Origin: a virus
Taxonomy: Duplodnaviria > Heunggongvirae > Uroviricota > Caudoviricetes
Length of the DNA: 64,000 bases
Virus record (IMG/VR): IMGVR_UViG_3300049830_000314
Direction: 5' to 3' (one strand)
Shown here: piece by piece, positions 18,310 to 28,464 of the stretch
How the letters are laid out: the number at the start of each line of letters is the position of its first letter
Numbering within the stretch: position 1 is the stretch's first letter
Program-made: the position numbers and the translations under genes
Notes under the pieces: generated by a model
The model's database searches: none
What the model was told of the DNA's origin: nothing
Seen by the model: the letters and a program-made list of their open reading frames with translations, nothing else

Positions 18310-20724
18310 TCACAAAATCCGCGTTATTTCATGATTGACATTGATTGGATAATAAATAGGTCTGTCTTGATAGATGGTTAAATCATGATTCACCGAGAGA
18401 GCCAGGTTTTTGTTTTTGTCGGCTCGCGTCATGGATTCTTCAGACATTGGAATAGCAAATAGAGTTTTTTGAGCTTCAGTTCTCGTTTCAACATTCCAGA
18501 TATAATCAACACAGTTAATAGGTGCTGCATATGGTTGAGATAAGCTTGTTAAACCAGCCTTTTGCGCCCTCAGAGTTAAATCTGTATGCTCAGTGCCATA
18601 AGCTCCATAAGCTGTGCAAAAACCTCCCAATTTCTCATACATTTCTTTTGTGAAGAACAATAAAACGCCAAAACCTTGATTGTAAAATTCGATACCATCT
18701 GCTCTTCCCGTAATAGAGCAGTGAGTATCATTGCCATATACCAAGTGCTGGAACCCGCTGCTGTGTCGAGCAGCTATGTAAAGTTCTATCCAATCTTTTT
18801 TAATTGGAAATGTGTCATCGTCAAATAAGAAATAGTAATCATAGGTGTTGCCAAGCAAATATAAACAGCAATTTTTTGCTTGTGCTACTCCAACTTGTCG
18901 AGTGCCAACATAATACTGGTCTGCCAGATTATGTTTTTTAACAACCTTCTGATTCTTGAGCCTTAAATCATAATCACTTGAATCATCATAAATAACCAAG
19001 TGTTTTAACGCCTCTTCGCTGGTGAATGTTTTAAAATGAGTTAAACAAGCATCAAGCATTTCGGGTCTGTTTCTAGTTGTGATAGCTATTCCAGATTTTA
19101 CTTGTTCTTCTGACATCGCTTCTTTTAACATTGATTTAATGTCGCTGAATGCCGCGTTGTTTGACCACGAACCATTGGCAAACCACTTCAATCTATATCG
19201 AATCAAATTGTTCTTAAAGAAATCAGATTGAGTCTCGCCACCAGAATTGTGATTCACTAAAATATCTGTTATCCAGTTTCTATATCCAGCAGCTTTGGCA
19301 ACGTTACACATCCATGCATCTAAAAAATGAACATGCGGCAACGATTCAGGGAAATTAAATTTCTTATCTGAAATCATCATAAGACCGTCAATTAAACTTG
19401 CCTCACCGTTGTAGATGGACAAATTCACTGCTTCGTATCTATTCTGCACAGCCAACCCTCTACATAATGGAGCGCCTTCATGAAACCACACGGATTTGGC
19501 TTTATCGTTAGTGAGACTACCTATTACCCCAACGAACCCTAAATCTGAGCGGGAATCAAACACCTGAGCAAGTTTTGATTCAAACATGGTATCTAGAATT
19601 TCAACATCTTGATGGACATATACCAAATATGTACCATTCGCCATTTCAGTGCCAGCATTATATGCTTGGGACATAGAGCTGAATTCCTGACCAAGACGAA
19701 TATATTCGACCTTAAGATTATGAGAGCTTTTTAACAGATTTCTATAGTGAACTTCATCATTCACCCATGTAATAAATGACAACAGCGGTTTTTGTAAATA
19801 ATTTTCCACTTGTATTGCTTGTGTGTAATTTATATACTGAGGTATATCACCTATACTGTCGTGTCCAGAAAAAGAATCGGTTGATTCAGTCAGTAGTTGG
19901 ATTTTAGAAAATGGTTTTTTTTGCCTGACTTCTGTTAAACATTTTTGAATATCACTTGTGGATGCATCGTGACATTCAATTAATATTCTCTCTCCTAACC
20001 CGTTGGCTTTATGATTCCATTTGTTTATGAATTTTATCCGCTGTTTGGCAAATAATGCACTCATGTCCAACACTCTAATAGAGGTTCGGGCAACGTAATG
20101 AAAAACACAATCTGGAATGATTTTCCATTTATATCCAGCTTCTTTTACTCTTAGGCTCCAATCATTATCTTCCCAATAGGCTGGCGAAAATAATTCGTCA
20201 AAAGCTCCAACTTTGTTCCATAAATCTCGCGTAAATACAATACAGTAGCCACCAAGATAATCAGATTCTTCTGCATTGTAAGTGCTATAAGCATAGCAGA
20301 AATCAGTATTCATGCAAGCACCCTCATTACCAGCCACACCTGTTACAAGTGCTGCTTCCACTAATCTTTGTAATCCACTCGCGTGAACTAAAACATCATT
20401 GTTAAGTACGCACAACATGTCGCGTGTTGCAATTTTGATACCCGCATTCCACGCTTTTGAGACGCCAAGATTTTCAGCCCAGTGGATTTTTTTAACAAAG
20501 TCTAAGCTATCCAGATATTCTTTTGTCTCTGGTTGGCTACCGTTATTGACGATAATAATTTCAGCGCCTGGGGCATGTTTTTGAAGACTCTCAATACAAT
20601 CTTTAGTATAATTGAGCGAATCATAAACTGCAATGATAACAGAAAGCTGTGAATCGAGGTTATTGATGACTGCGTTATCTAAGATTTGAGCGACTTGTTG
20701 ACTTGCTGTTTTAATTTCACTCAT
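18310..20724 (-). CDS. Multi-domain glycosyltransferase (three GT-A/GT2-like domains)
   Basis: SVIIAVY...NNGS...LNNDV...WEDNDWS; SMSQAYNAG...YVHQDV; IAITTRNRP...YDDSS...LFDDD...EHTDL. Confidence 0.85.
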   Translation of the reverse strand: MSEIKTASQQVAQILDNAVINNLDSQLSVIIAVYDSLNYTKDCIESLQKHAPGAEIIIVNNGSQPETKEYLDSLDFVKKIHWAENLGVSKAWNAGIKIATRDMLCVLNNDVLVHASGLQRLVEAALVTGVAGNEGACMNTDFCYAYSTYNAEESDYLGGYCIVFTRDLWNKVGAFDELFSPAYWEDNDWSLRVKEAGYKWKIIPDCVFHYVARTSIRVLDMSALFAKQRIKFINKWNHKANGLGERILIECHDASTSDIQKCLTEVRQKKPFSKIQLLTESTDSFSGHDSIGDIPQYINYTQAIQVENYLQKPLLSFITWVNDEVHYRNLLKSSHNLKVEYIRLGQEFSSMSQAYNAGTEMANGTYLVYVHQDVEILDTMFESKLAQVFDSRSDLGFVGVIGSLTNDKAKSVWFHEGAPLCRGLAVQNRYEAVNLSIYNGEASLIDGLMMISDKKFNFPESLPHVHFLDAWMCNVAKAAGYRNWITDILVNHNSGGETQSDFFKNNLIRYRLKWFANGSWSNNAAFSDIKSMLKEAMSEEQVKSGIAITTRNRPEMLDACLTHFKTFTSEEALKHLVIYDDSSDYDLRLKNQKVVKKHNLADQYYVGTRQVGVAQAKNCCLYLLGNTYDYYFLFDDDTFPIKKDWIELYIAARHSSGFQHLVYGNDTHCSITGRADGIEFYNQGFGVLLFFTKEMYEKLGGFCTAYGAYGTEHTDLTLRAQKAGLTSLSQPYAAPINCVDYIWNVETRTEAQKTLFAIPMSEESMTRADKNKNLALSVNHDLTIYQDRPIYYPINVNHEITRIL

Positions 20725-21227
20725 AGAATTGTCACTACTACATTGGTATTTCGCAGTATTCCTTCTACGACACCTTTAATCTCTTCTGCGCGGCTGGCGA
20801 ATCCACCGAGGCCTATAAGTGGACAATTAAGTACAAGTTTGACATCTGGATTATCTTGACACCATGCGGCTAGTTGCGTCAAGCTTTCTATTGCAAGTTG
20901 CAAATCTCCGTCATTCGCAAAATGTCTCTTGACTTGTAAAGCGAACACATAAAACGGACTATCTGGCTTGTTAGCTCTTTTAAAAGTAACACCAGCAAAA
21001 TGGTAATCTGGCGTTACTCCAAAAGTATCACCTGGCGCGACTACATTAGCCAAAGCAGAGGGCAATGAATCTGGAAAATATTGTTTAACTCTAAGAGCGG
21101 CACCACTACCAACTACAAGCTGTCTTATGCCATTTTTATTGCATATGACAGAGTTAGCAGTGAAAACTACACCATCGGCATCAAGCTCTTTGCATACATT
21201 GATTAAATCGCCTGTTCGCCATTCCAT
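20721..21227 (-). CDS. Macro domain protein, DarG-like/phage type
   Basis: GDL...VVFTANS...VVGSGAALRVKQYFP...CPLIGLGG. Confidence 0.7.
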   Translation of the reverse strand: MEWRTGDLINVCKELDADGVVFTANSVICNKNGIRQLVVGSGAALRVKQYFPDSLPSALANVVAPGDTFGVTPDYHFAGVTFKRANKPDSPFYVFALQVKRHFANDGDLQLAIESLTQLAAWCQDNPDVKLVLNCPLIGLGGFASRAEEIKGVVEGILRNTNVVVTIL

Positions 21228-21229
21228 GA

Positions 21230-21928
21230 TTATTTCTTATATCCAAATAAAGACAGCATCCAACTAATGAATCCATCATTTTTGGCGCTTGCAATTCGAG
21301 CAGCTTTTTCTGCTGCTTTGCGAGCTTTAATCTCAACAAGCTTTGGTTTGAGCAATTCAAAAATCGCATCCAATCCAGCATCATCCCAGTTAAATTCACC
21401 AGTCGGTGATACTTTAACTGTAACATATGGAATGTTATTATCATCAAGAATGGCCCTGGTTTTTACATCTATTTCCATAGCTTGTTCTTCAGTTTGTGAA
21501 CGTCCCATTGGATTATAGGGGTGACTTTCTCCATCGCGAATAAGAAAAATGTTCAGGTTGTTAAATTCCGCGAAAGTCTCAAGCACCCACTTTTCCCAGC
21601 TTGGCGTGCAACCAAAGCCTTGATAAAGCATTCCAGTGATTATAGGCGAGTCTGTAACAACAACATCAACCTTACCAAGTAATCTAACAATACGATACCA
21701 CTGTTTGCTCGTAACATATGGCTGACATTTTTTGGTGAAATTTATTTCTCGCTCTGCATTCTCATGGTCTTCTTCCCATGTTTTATCCTTGGCGTATTCC
21801 TGAATGTATTCGCAGTTAATTCCGCGTCGTTTCATCCGATAGAATATACCAGCAGCGTGAGTGCTTTTACCTGTGCCTGGGCCGCCCATCAGGTTAAGAA
21901 CTAGAGTGTTTTTAGCTAAGTCTTTCAT
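21230..21928 (-). CDS. P-loop NTPase, NadR/Ttd14 (AAA_28) type
   Basis: NLMGGPGTGKST, QEYAKD, VTDSP, YNPMGRSQ. Confidence 0.8.
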   Translation of the reverse strand: MKDLAKNTLVLNLMGGPGTGKSTHAAGIFYRMKRRGINCEYIQEYAKDKTWEEDHENAEREINFTKKCQPYVTSKQWYRIVRLLGKVDVVVTDSPIITGMLYQGFGCTPSWEKWVLETFAEFNNLNIFLIRDGESHPYNPMGRSQTEEQAMEIDVKTRAILDDNNIPYVTVKVSPTGEFNWDDAGLDAIFELLKPKLVEIKARKAAEKAARIASAKNDGFISWMLSLFGYKK

Positions 21929-21949
21929 GGCGATATTTAGTATACCGCA

Positions 21950-22225
21950 TTAATGCACTCTTCCCCATGGTGAGACAGACCTAGATTCCGCTGTTTTGCT
22001 TGCTTCCACCATTTTAAAAACACATGTTTCGCAAATTTGCATCTCAACGTATTGACAATCATGGTCGCTGCCATACTGACCATGAAACTTCAATACGCCA
22101 TAAGAGAATTGTTCATAGTCTGTGCCTTCGCTAACTAGCGTCGAAGCTCCGCAAACATCACATGTTACATCTGCTTCTACTACTGTTTCAATTGTTTTCT
22201 TTGTCAGTGTTTTCATTTGTGTCAA
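21950..22225 (-). CDS. Hypothetical Zn-ribbon protein
   Basis: CDVC...ICETC. Confidence 0.65.
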   Translation of the reverse strand: MTQMKTLTKKTIETVVEADVTCDVCGASTLVSEGTDYEQFSYGVLKFHGQYGSDHDCQYVEMQICETCVFKMVEASKTAESRSVSPWGRVH

Positions 22226-22517
22226 ATGCCTGCTGAATCAAAGACGATTCGGCTAAATAAAATGGTTCAGGTGAATAAGTATCTTCACCCTCTTTGAAAT
22301 ACAAATTCCACCATCGCTGAGCATTGGCTGGAATAGCACAATTTACTGGGGCGCGACCATCAACGGTTACAGAGATGTTTTCTAAATCTGCGCCACCGTC
22401 TGCGAAAAAAGCTATCCATCGAGACGCCTTGCTATCTGAGCAACTCTGTATTTTTGCAAGAAAATCCTCTACAGCCATTTCTTGAGCCTTTGTTAATCCT
22501 TCAATTTTAATATCCAC
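22188..22517 (-). CDS. Hypothetical protein, apparent paralog of 54269-54499
   Basis: IQSCSDSKASRWIAFFADG...VTVDG. Confidence 0.65.
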   Translation of the reverse strand: MDIKIEGLTKAQEMAVEDFLAKIQSCSDSKASRWIAFFADGGADLENISVTVDGRAPVNCAIPANAQRWWNLYFKEGEDTYSPEPFYLAESSLIQQAFDTNENTDKENN

Positions 22518-22629
22518 AACAATCTTCCATTCCTTCTTCGTAGTCGCACTCTTCGTTGAGTCTCAACAAAAATGCAGCACTGACGAGTAATAATCCGACG
22601 AGTATTCCGCATGCCACGTATTTTTTCAT
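22507..22629 (-). CDS. Small membrane peptide (40 aa)
   Basis: Manual: MKKYVACGILVGLLLVSAAFLLRLNEECDYEEGMEDCCGY. Confidence 0.5.
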   Translation of the reverse strand: MKKYVACGILVGLLLVSAAFLLRLNEECDYEEGMEDCCGY

Positions 22630-22666
22630 TTCTTCCTGATTTACTTACGTTGTAACTAAATTTTCA

Positions 22667-23953
22667 TCATGCGCCTTCTACAGCACATGTTTTAACAACA
22701 TGGGAAAGTTTCTTTTCAGCTTCAAACAAACGATTCATTACTTCTTCACCGCTTGCAGCTTTATTTGTTCCATGTTTGTCAATTACCAACGCAAATTCTA
22801 ATGTTCTTGCTCTATCACTCGGGCGCTGTTTTGAGACTCGGTAGCGTTGATATGGTTCCATCACACACTTTAGTTCTCCAACTTCAGCACTTGCGGCAAC
22901 AAGTTCATGTACTGGTATGTTACCCTCTGTGCTATATGATACTACAATAAATCGAGAATGTAATGCATCAATTAGCTCAGAATATGCACCAGTTGAGCTT
23001 TTAGAATAATTGTAGTTTGACCGTCTAGACTCCTGCCAGTCTTTTCTAATAGCAGATTTGTTTCCTCGCTCAATCACTTCTGTTAATTCAGGCTTATCCC
23101 AAAGTGCAATACTATTCAAAACATGATAGTTGCTGCCGTAAGAATGTTGGTTGTAAGGAGGGTCGAGATACACCACATCAAGCTCAGTATCTTTTGCCAA
23201 ATCATGTGCAAGACTCGTTGCCTCTTGACAAAATGCCACGTTTTGCTTTTTGTTATCATACAAAATTGGCTTCTGCAAATTGATGCAACTTTTGATTCGA
23301 TTGAGTCCCGTCTTTGTGCCGCCGCCAAAACCAGCATGAAATGCATTAAACAATCCGCTGGTGTTAGACACATAGCTGGCAGAATAAAGCAACGGTGCGA
23401 TTAAGTAAGAGTATTCATCTGAATCAATCTTTCCACTGTCACTCCAGTCTTGAATTTGACTACGCATTGCATCTATTAACATTCCATTTTCGCGAGTAAA
23501 AAATAAACGCTCGCGAGCTAAATCAGGATTTTCGTCATCGTCAGGGCATAGGTATTTTGTCACCCAATCTTCTAACGGGTCAATATCATTCAGCAGCCGA
23601 AAAACGCGGTCTGCGCCGCCGAGAGAAGCAAACTCTGGCTCTTTGTTTAGTGTGACAAAACAGCGATTGAGCTGATATGCATATGGCTCCCAGTCATTGA
23701 CATAAGTCTGGAAACCCATTTCCTTAGCCATTCGACCAACGACAGTGCTACCGGAAAAAATATCTAGAAATTTACCACCGCGTAAACCAGTTTCGCGCAA
23801 GCCATCAATGATTAAAGGTAAAAGCTTTCGCTTATTACCGATATAGGGAATAAGTTGAGAAAACGCATAATCTTGAGTCGATTGTGCTGCGTGTTTCTTT
23901 GAATGATATGTGAAATAAACCTTGCTCTTGTCGTAGAAATCCATCTGTAACAC
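22667..23953 (-). CDS. DNA adenine methyltransferase, D12/FokI-like
   Basis: YIGNKRKL, FLDIFSGSTVV, VNDWE, VVYLDPPY. Confidence 0.9.
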   Translation of the reverse strand: MLQMDFYDKSKVYFTYHSKKHAAQSTQDYAFSQLIPYIGNKRKLLPLIIDGLRETGLRGGKFLDIFSGSTVVGRMAKEMGFQTYVNDWEPYAYQLNRCFVTLNKEPEFASLGGADRVFRLLNDIDPLEDWVTKYLCPDDDENPDLARERLFFTRENGMLIDAMRSQIQDWSDSGKIDSDEYSYLIAPLLYSASYVSNTSGLFNAFHAGFGGGTKTGLNRIKSCINLQKPILYDNKKQNVAFCQEATSLAHDLAKDTELDVVYLDPPYNQHSYGSNYHVLNSIALWDKPELTEVIERGNKSAIRKDWQESRRSNYNYSKSSTGAYSELIDALHSRFIVVSYSTEGNIPVHELVAASAEVGELKCVMEPYQRYRVSKQRPSDRARTLEFALVIDKHGTNKAASGEEVMNRLFEAEKKLSHVVKTCAVEGA

Positions 23954-23985
23954 CAGTTAATGATGTTATACATATTCACTTCTAT

Positions 23986-24204
23986 TTAAGCACGTTTATC
24001 CCAATCTTTACCAAAAAATTCCACAATGATTTCTTCTAAATCACCGGGATTCAAGCGTTTAGCCATAGCTAAGACAAATTTTTGTGCAACTTCTTTGTTG
24101 ACTTCTAGCGTAATAGACTTGCCATCTAACACAAACCCCATATGAAATGGTGCCACTAGTTCATCACCAGTGGCATCACATACTCTAACTGTCTTTACGC
24201 CCAT
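23986..24204 (-). CDS. Hypothetical Zn-ribbon-like protein
   Basis: ORF track; abuts upstream stop. Confidence 0.6.
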   Translation of the reverse strand: MGVKTVRVCDATGDELVAPFHMGFVLDGKSITLEVNKEVAQKFVLAMAKRLNPGDLEEIIVEFFGKDWDKRA

Positions 24205-25703
24205 TATTTGTCGATTTTACCCAACTTAATCTTAGCAGTTACACCAACAACGAATACTCTTTGTTTTTGATGTCCACCGTTGTCAATGATTGTTATTGAT
24301 TTTAATTCTTGAGTGGCAAATTCAGCGGGGAGCTTAAACACTTGTGAGTCGAGAAACATAGAATTGTGCTCTCCTCTTCCCGGAGTTGGTCGCACCCAAA
24401 TGGCGTGTGTAGGAAGTTCTATCTTATCAAAACTTGAAGTACACATATCCCGGATATCGCGATTTAGTTTTAGTTCTTTGCGATAAATAGCACCTTTTGA
24501 GCCAAGAAACTCAACTAAGACTTTAATATCCTCAGAGTAAGCATACGTGAGATTCATAATGGTGTGAACCTCAGTAACATTGTCCAAACCAGCTTTAATA
24601 GACAAGCTATGTGAATTGTTATCAGTAAAGAAATCTGCATCCCAGACATTATTCTTGTCTTTCGGAAAATAGAATGGTACGCGACCAAAAAGGAACGCTC
24701 CACCCTCAGTGATTTTTGGTTCATTAGTCGATTTTGCGTCTGGATTACCGACTCCGTTTAACTTAGAAAGGGCTTGTTTTATCGTAATATTGCCTTCAAA
24801 AGTTAAAGGAACATACAACTCGTCGGCAGACTGATAAGCTGATGGCTTTGCGGCATCAGCGGTTGGCTTCTTACCAACTTGCTCACCCTCATTAATGTAA
24901 TATGTTGGGTATTCAAACCAAAGCGCATTTATCCATGTAAACACATTTGTGGTTGAATTAGTTGGCGGTTTTGGTAACGGTTTACCTTCACCACCCACAA
25001 CAGGAACGGGAACTGGTTTTTGAGATTGAGCAACAACCAGCTCGTCAGGCTCAAAATTGTAATTCATTTCACTGCTGACTCCGGTGATAACGTTCACATT
25101 GTCAACACCATACCATGCACTTCCCCAATATCCGCCAGCTTCGGCGTCCCATGTACCAGCTTGCATACTAATAATGTCCAGTTTTGCGTTTGGATAAACA
25201 GATAGCCAGTTGCCAAGAGAACGCATGTCTTTAACACCGCTCTTGTTGTTCCACCACAGCCCCTGTAAAGGAGCCCAAGTAGTCCAACGTCCCTTCGGAA
25301 TAGTTAGTCCATTGAGACAAGGATTGTATTCAAGCCAAATATCGCCCTTATTATCTCCATCAATATCAATACAAAGGTTCATTGTTGGCGCAATATTTTG
25401 CAACCCCCTTGGTGTGAAGGTACTATATGTTAAGCGACTAATGCTGTTAAGCAAAGTGCCACGGTAAAGTTTGGTTTGTCCATAGCTTAAGCCGTCTCCT
25501 CTCCCGCTATAGAGCCACAAGTCTCCGTTTCCAAGCTGTGGCATTTGATTCATTTGACCAACAAACCAACCAGCGGAATTTCTTTGAAATGGCGAGGATG
25601 TGCCAAAATACCAACCATTAGGTTGACTTGGCGTCACGACAGTTTCTTGCGCGAAACCCAGGGTGGCGCAAGCTAACAACACTAGTGAAAATAAATTTTT
25701 CAT
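24204..25703 (-). CDS. Secreted hypothetical protein (signal peptide, two beta-rich domains)
   Basis: MKNLFSLVLLACATLGFA|Q; Trp/Gly-rich domain, Pro-rich linker. Confidence 0.75.
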   Translation of the reverse strand: MKNLFSLVLLACATLGFAQETVVTPSQPNGWYFGTSSPFQRNSAGWFVGQMNQMPQLGNGDLWLYSGRGDGLSYGQTKLYRGTLLNSISRLTYSTFTPRGLQNIAPTMNLCIDIDGDNKGDIWLEYNPCLNGLTIPKGRWTTWAPLQGLWWNNKSGVKDMRSLGNWLSVYPNAKLDIISMQAGTWDAEAGGYWGSAWYGVDNVNVITGVSSEMNYNFEPDELVVAQSQKPVPVPVVGGEGKPLPKPPTNSTTNVFTWINALWFEYPTYYINEGEQVGKKPTADAAKPSAYQSADELYVPLTFEGNITIKQALSKLNGVGNPDAKSTNEPKITEGGAFLFGRVPFYFPKDKNNVWDADFFTDNNSHSLSIKAGLDNVTEVHTIMNLTYAYSEDIKVLVEFLGSKGAIYRKELKLNRDIRDMCTSSFDKIELPTHAIWVRPTPGRGEHNSMFLDSQVFKLPAEFATQELKSITIIDNGGHQKQRVFVVGVTAKIKLGKIDK

Positions 25704-25707
25704 ACCT

Positions 25708-25737
25708 ATATACCTATTAAAATTCGATTATGAGGAA
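25708..25737 (-). promoter_or_regulatory. Recurrent leaderless promoter (TTCCTCA-N17-GTATAT-4 nt-ATG)
   Basis: Read directly from sequence. Confidence 0.65.
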
Positions 25738-25744
25738 TTTTTGA

Positions 25745-26548
25745 CTAAGGCAAATTATACTCTTGTCGGAAGTGCGAAATGGTTTTGCGCATTGAAAGCG
25801 GCAATAATAGAAATGCTACCGAACGAAGTTTTGTGGGAACGCCCTTATAGTATGCTTCTGCAATACTTCCTGCCATCGCTGCAATCGTATCAGAGTCTCC
25901 ACCCATAATAACTGCACGCCTTACTGCATCTTCATAACTATTTGAGTCAACGAAAGCTTTAATAGCTGGTGGAACAGAAGCCTGACATGCCGCAAATGAA
26001 CTACTCGGAATAAGTTCTAGAACAGTGGCATCTAAGTTATAATCAAACTTATTAGCCATTGTCTTACCTATCTCTTCTTTGGAATACCCCTTACGTGCCA
26101 TAAAAATGCTTCCTGCAATAGCTTGAGCACCTTTCACGCCCTCCTCGTGAGCATGACTGCATTGTGCCGTTACAGCGGCTAATTCAAGCACTTCGTCAAA
26201 ATCTTCTGATATCCAGCCTATCGGAGAAACGCGCATAGCACTTCCATTGCCGTAGCTGTCTCCAATAACACCGACTGGTTCATCCGCCCAAGCCTTAAAG
26301 CCTCTGCCATATCCACGGTTTGGAAAACGTTTGTAGAACTCTTTATATTCTGCACTAAATAAATCAGAAGTCAGGGGAATATTATTGGCTTTTAAGATGG
26401 CGCTAGCTGTCGCAACAGTCAAAACACTATCATCGGTGAATCTGGAATTTCTCGTCCCAAAAAACTTATAGAACGGAAAGTTATAATCCGTCGTATTGTG
26501 GCGCTCGTAAAGGCTACCAGCCATGTCTCCAACTATTGCACCGTACAT
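25745..26548 (-). CDS. ADP-ribosylglycohydrolase (DraG/ARH family)
   Basis: GAIVGDMAGS, FTDDSVLT, SYGNGSAMRVSP, GGDSDTIAAMAG. Confidence 0.93.
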   Translation of the reverse strand: MYGAIVGDMAGSLYERHNTTDYNFPFYKFFGTRNSRFTDDSVLTVATASAILKANNIPLTSDLFSAEYKEFYKRFPNRGYGRGFKAWADEPVGVIGDSYGNGSAMRVSPIGWISEDFDEVLELAAVTAQCSHAHEEGVKGAQAIAGSIFMARKGYSKEEIGKTMANKFDYNLDATVLELIPSSSFAACQASVPPAIKAFVDSNSYEDAVRRAVIMGGDSDTIAAMAGSIAEAYYKGVPTKLRSVAFLLLPLSMRKTISHFRQEYNLP

Positions 26549-26550
26549 TT

Positions 26551-27231
26551 TTAGTTTGTACTCCGAGTTCGCCCTGTGGCTTTTGTTATTGATTGGTCAT
26601 ACATAACTTCCGCCCAATTGTTGGCTGTAACAGCGTAGTGTTTAGCTACTTTATTATGTATGCCAAGTGATTCAATAAATTTTGTTACTATTCCATCAGT
26701 ATCGTTTTTATATCCTGAAAGTGTGTTCTCAAGTCCCATCTCATATAAATGATTTAAAATTTTACCAATTGCCATGGCTAAATTTCTATCTGCTTTAAGT
26801 ATTTTCTCAGCAAGATATGCGCCAACATATGTGCCGTATCCAGCGTCTGAATATCCATTTTCTTTGACATCAAAATATTTTTCAAGCATTTCTTGAGCAT
26901 TTTCTGGACAAGGAACTTCGATTAATTTAACTTTTTTCTTTATCACTTTTTCCAAAGCTTCTAAGCCAAAGATTTCAATGATATTAAAGTGTTTTTCAGC
27001 TCCATCGAGAAAATCGCGATGTAATTTATTAAATGATTCCCAACAATAAAAACCTTCTTGCCATTGTTCTCGTGCTTGTGATAAATCTAGTCCTATTCCA
27101 TCTTTCAACACATAAACAGATGCTCCATTATCTCTGATTGTGCGGATTAGCAATGTATCCATTCCTTCTCCTTTACAATTACATAATGCGCCAGGGACAA
27201 TCCAGCTTACATCTTGTGTTTCTTCACTCAT
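26551..27231 (-). CDS. Hypothetical protein
   Basis: ORF track. Confidence 0.7.
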   Translation of the reverse strand: MSEETQDVSWIVPGALCNCKGEGMDTLLIRTIRDNGASVYVLKDGIGLDLSQAREQWQEGFYCWESFNKLHRDFLDGAEKHFNIIEIFGLEALEKVIKKKVKLIEVPCPENAQEMLEKYFDVKENGYSDAGYGTYVGAYLAEKILKADRNLAMAIGKILNHLYEMGLENTLSGYKNDTDGIVTKFIESLGIHNKVAKHYAVTANNWAEVMYDQSITKATGRTRSTN

Positions 27232-27494
27232 TTTTTCTTCTCCTTTTCATGGATTTGGTTAGCTTTTCGAACTAGGTCGGCAAAATCATTACCGACTGGT
27301 TTTAAGGCAAACTCGCCAACGGCCATACGACTTAATGCATTTTCCCAGGCGTCTTTTTGTGTTTTTCCTGAACCAATGCCATGGCGCTCTTGTGTCGGAT
27401 GAGCCCAAATTGCCCACCCAGTAAGACTTCCGAGTCCAACTTGATGCGCTTCCGCCGTTGGACATAACTTCAACACTTCGTCACGATACGTCAT
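27228..27494 (-). CDS. Hypothetical protein
   Basis: ORF track; ATGA overlaps. Confidence 0.65.
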   Translation of the reverse strand: MTYRDEVLKLCPTAEAHQVGLGSLTGWAIWAHPTQERHGIGSGKTQKDAWENALSRMAVGEFALKPVGNDFADLVRKANQIHEKEKKK

Positions 27495-27811
27495 TTTGTA
27501 TCTTCTCCGATTTGAGTCTCAATTTTATAAATAGTGGCATTTGGAAAACGACTTCCGCCTTCCACCGGGGCACCAGGATTCCAGTTTGAATCTCTTTCAG
27601 AACAAAATCGCTCTTCATATTCTGGGAAGAATTGGCTTATAGTATTCCAAATATCTGTTTCAGAATGTGCTTCAAAAGCGGCGCAACACGAATAATCGCC
27701 ATCGTCTCCACGATATCCGCTAACAAAATATTGAAAAGGCACATCTGGGCCGGGATTATCCTTATCAATCCCAGAATCATTTGCCCACCAACTAACCCAA
27801 AATTTATTCAT
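27491..27811 (-). CDS. Hypothetical protein (start revised to MNKFWVSWW)
   Basis: ATGA overlap with upstream stop at 27808. Confidence 0.65.
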   Translation of the reverse strand: MNKFWVSWWANDSGIDKDNPGPDVPFQYFVSGYRGDDGDYSCCAAFEAHSETDIWNTISQFFPEYEERFCSERDSNWNPGAPVEGGSRFPNATIYKIETQIGEDTK

Positions 27812-28005
27812 TGTCCACTCCACGTGTCGCCGTCTTTGTATTTTCCAGCCTCGACAACAGTATACCAGCATTCTTCGACGCCACGGCGCATTATTGCCAT
27901 TTCTTCAATAGCATCAGCATTTTTCCGTGTCTTACCAACTCCCATCATCTGAACAATGTTAGTGGTGAAATTGACAGCAACAGTATCGTAAAGTGTTTCG
28001 CTCAT
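27808..28005 (-). CDS. Hypothetical protein
   Basis: ORF track; coupled overlaps on both sides. Confidence 0.65.
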   Translation of the reverse strand: MSETLYDTVAVNFTTNIVQMMGVGKTRKNADAIEEMAIMRRGVEECWYTVVEAGKYKDGDTWSGQ

Positions 28006-28121
28006 TTATTGCACTCATGGCACTCATGGCACTCTTCTGGATGCCCACATTTTAGGCATGTTCCCTGGTCATTATCTGAAAAGTTGCCACACACTAATCC
28101 GTCATGGTCGCAAACACACAT
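28002..28121 (-). CDS. Cys/His-rich micropeptide (39 aa, metallothionein-like composition)
   Basis: Manual: MCVCDHDGLVCGNFSDNDQGTCLKCGHPEECHECHECNK; ATGA overlap with next gene. Confidence 0.6.
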   Translation of the reverse strand: MCVCDHDGLVCGNFSDNDQGTCLKCGHPEECHECHECNK

Positions 28122-28186
28122 TTAACCCACTCCGCCGACAAGTTCACTCATGATTGTTTACGTAAAGTATAAATGGGTTTGAGGAA

Positions 28187-28456
28187 TTATTCGTAGCGTA
28201 GAGAAACTCCATCGCAGCTAATACAATCACAAAATAAACAATGAAAGGTGATTTGGTACTGACCTTCAATCGTCACCTTAGCGCCGTGTGTCACCATGTC
28301 GCATCCTATGCATTTACAGCTACCAAAATCCGGTCTGTCGATACTCCATTGATATTGGCACATATTACAATCAAAATAATACGCCGTCGTGTCTTTGGGA
28401 TTCACACTAATTTTAAAATCATCACAACCGCAGCAGGAACATGTTCTTCGTCTCAT
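28187..28456 (-). CDS. Cys-rich Zn-ribbon protein
   Basis: CSCCGC...CNMCQYQW...CKCIGC...CLFC. Confidence 0.7.
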   Translation of the reverse strand: MRRRTCSCCGCDDFKISVNPKDTTAYYFDCNMCQYQWSIDRPDFGSCKCIGCDMVTHGAKVTIEGQYQITFHCLFCDCISCDGVSLRYE

Positions 28457-28464
28457 ATGAATAA

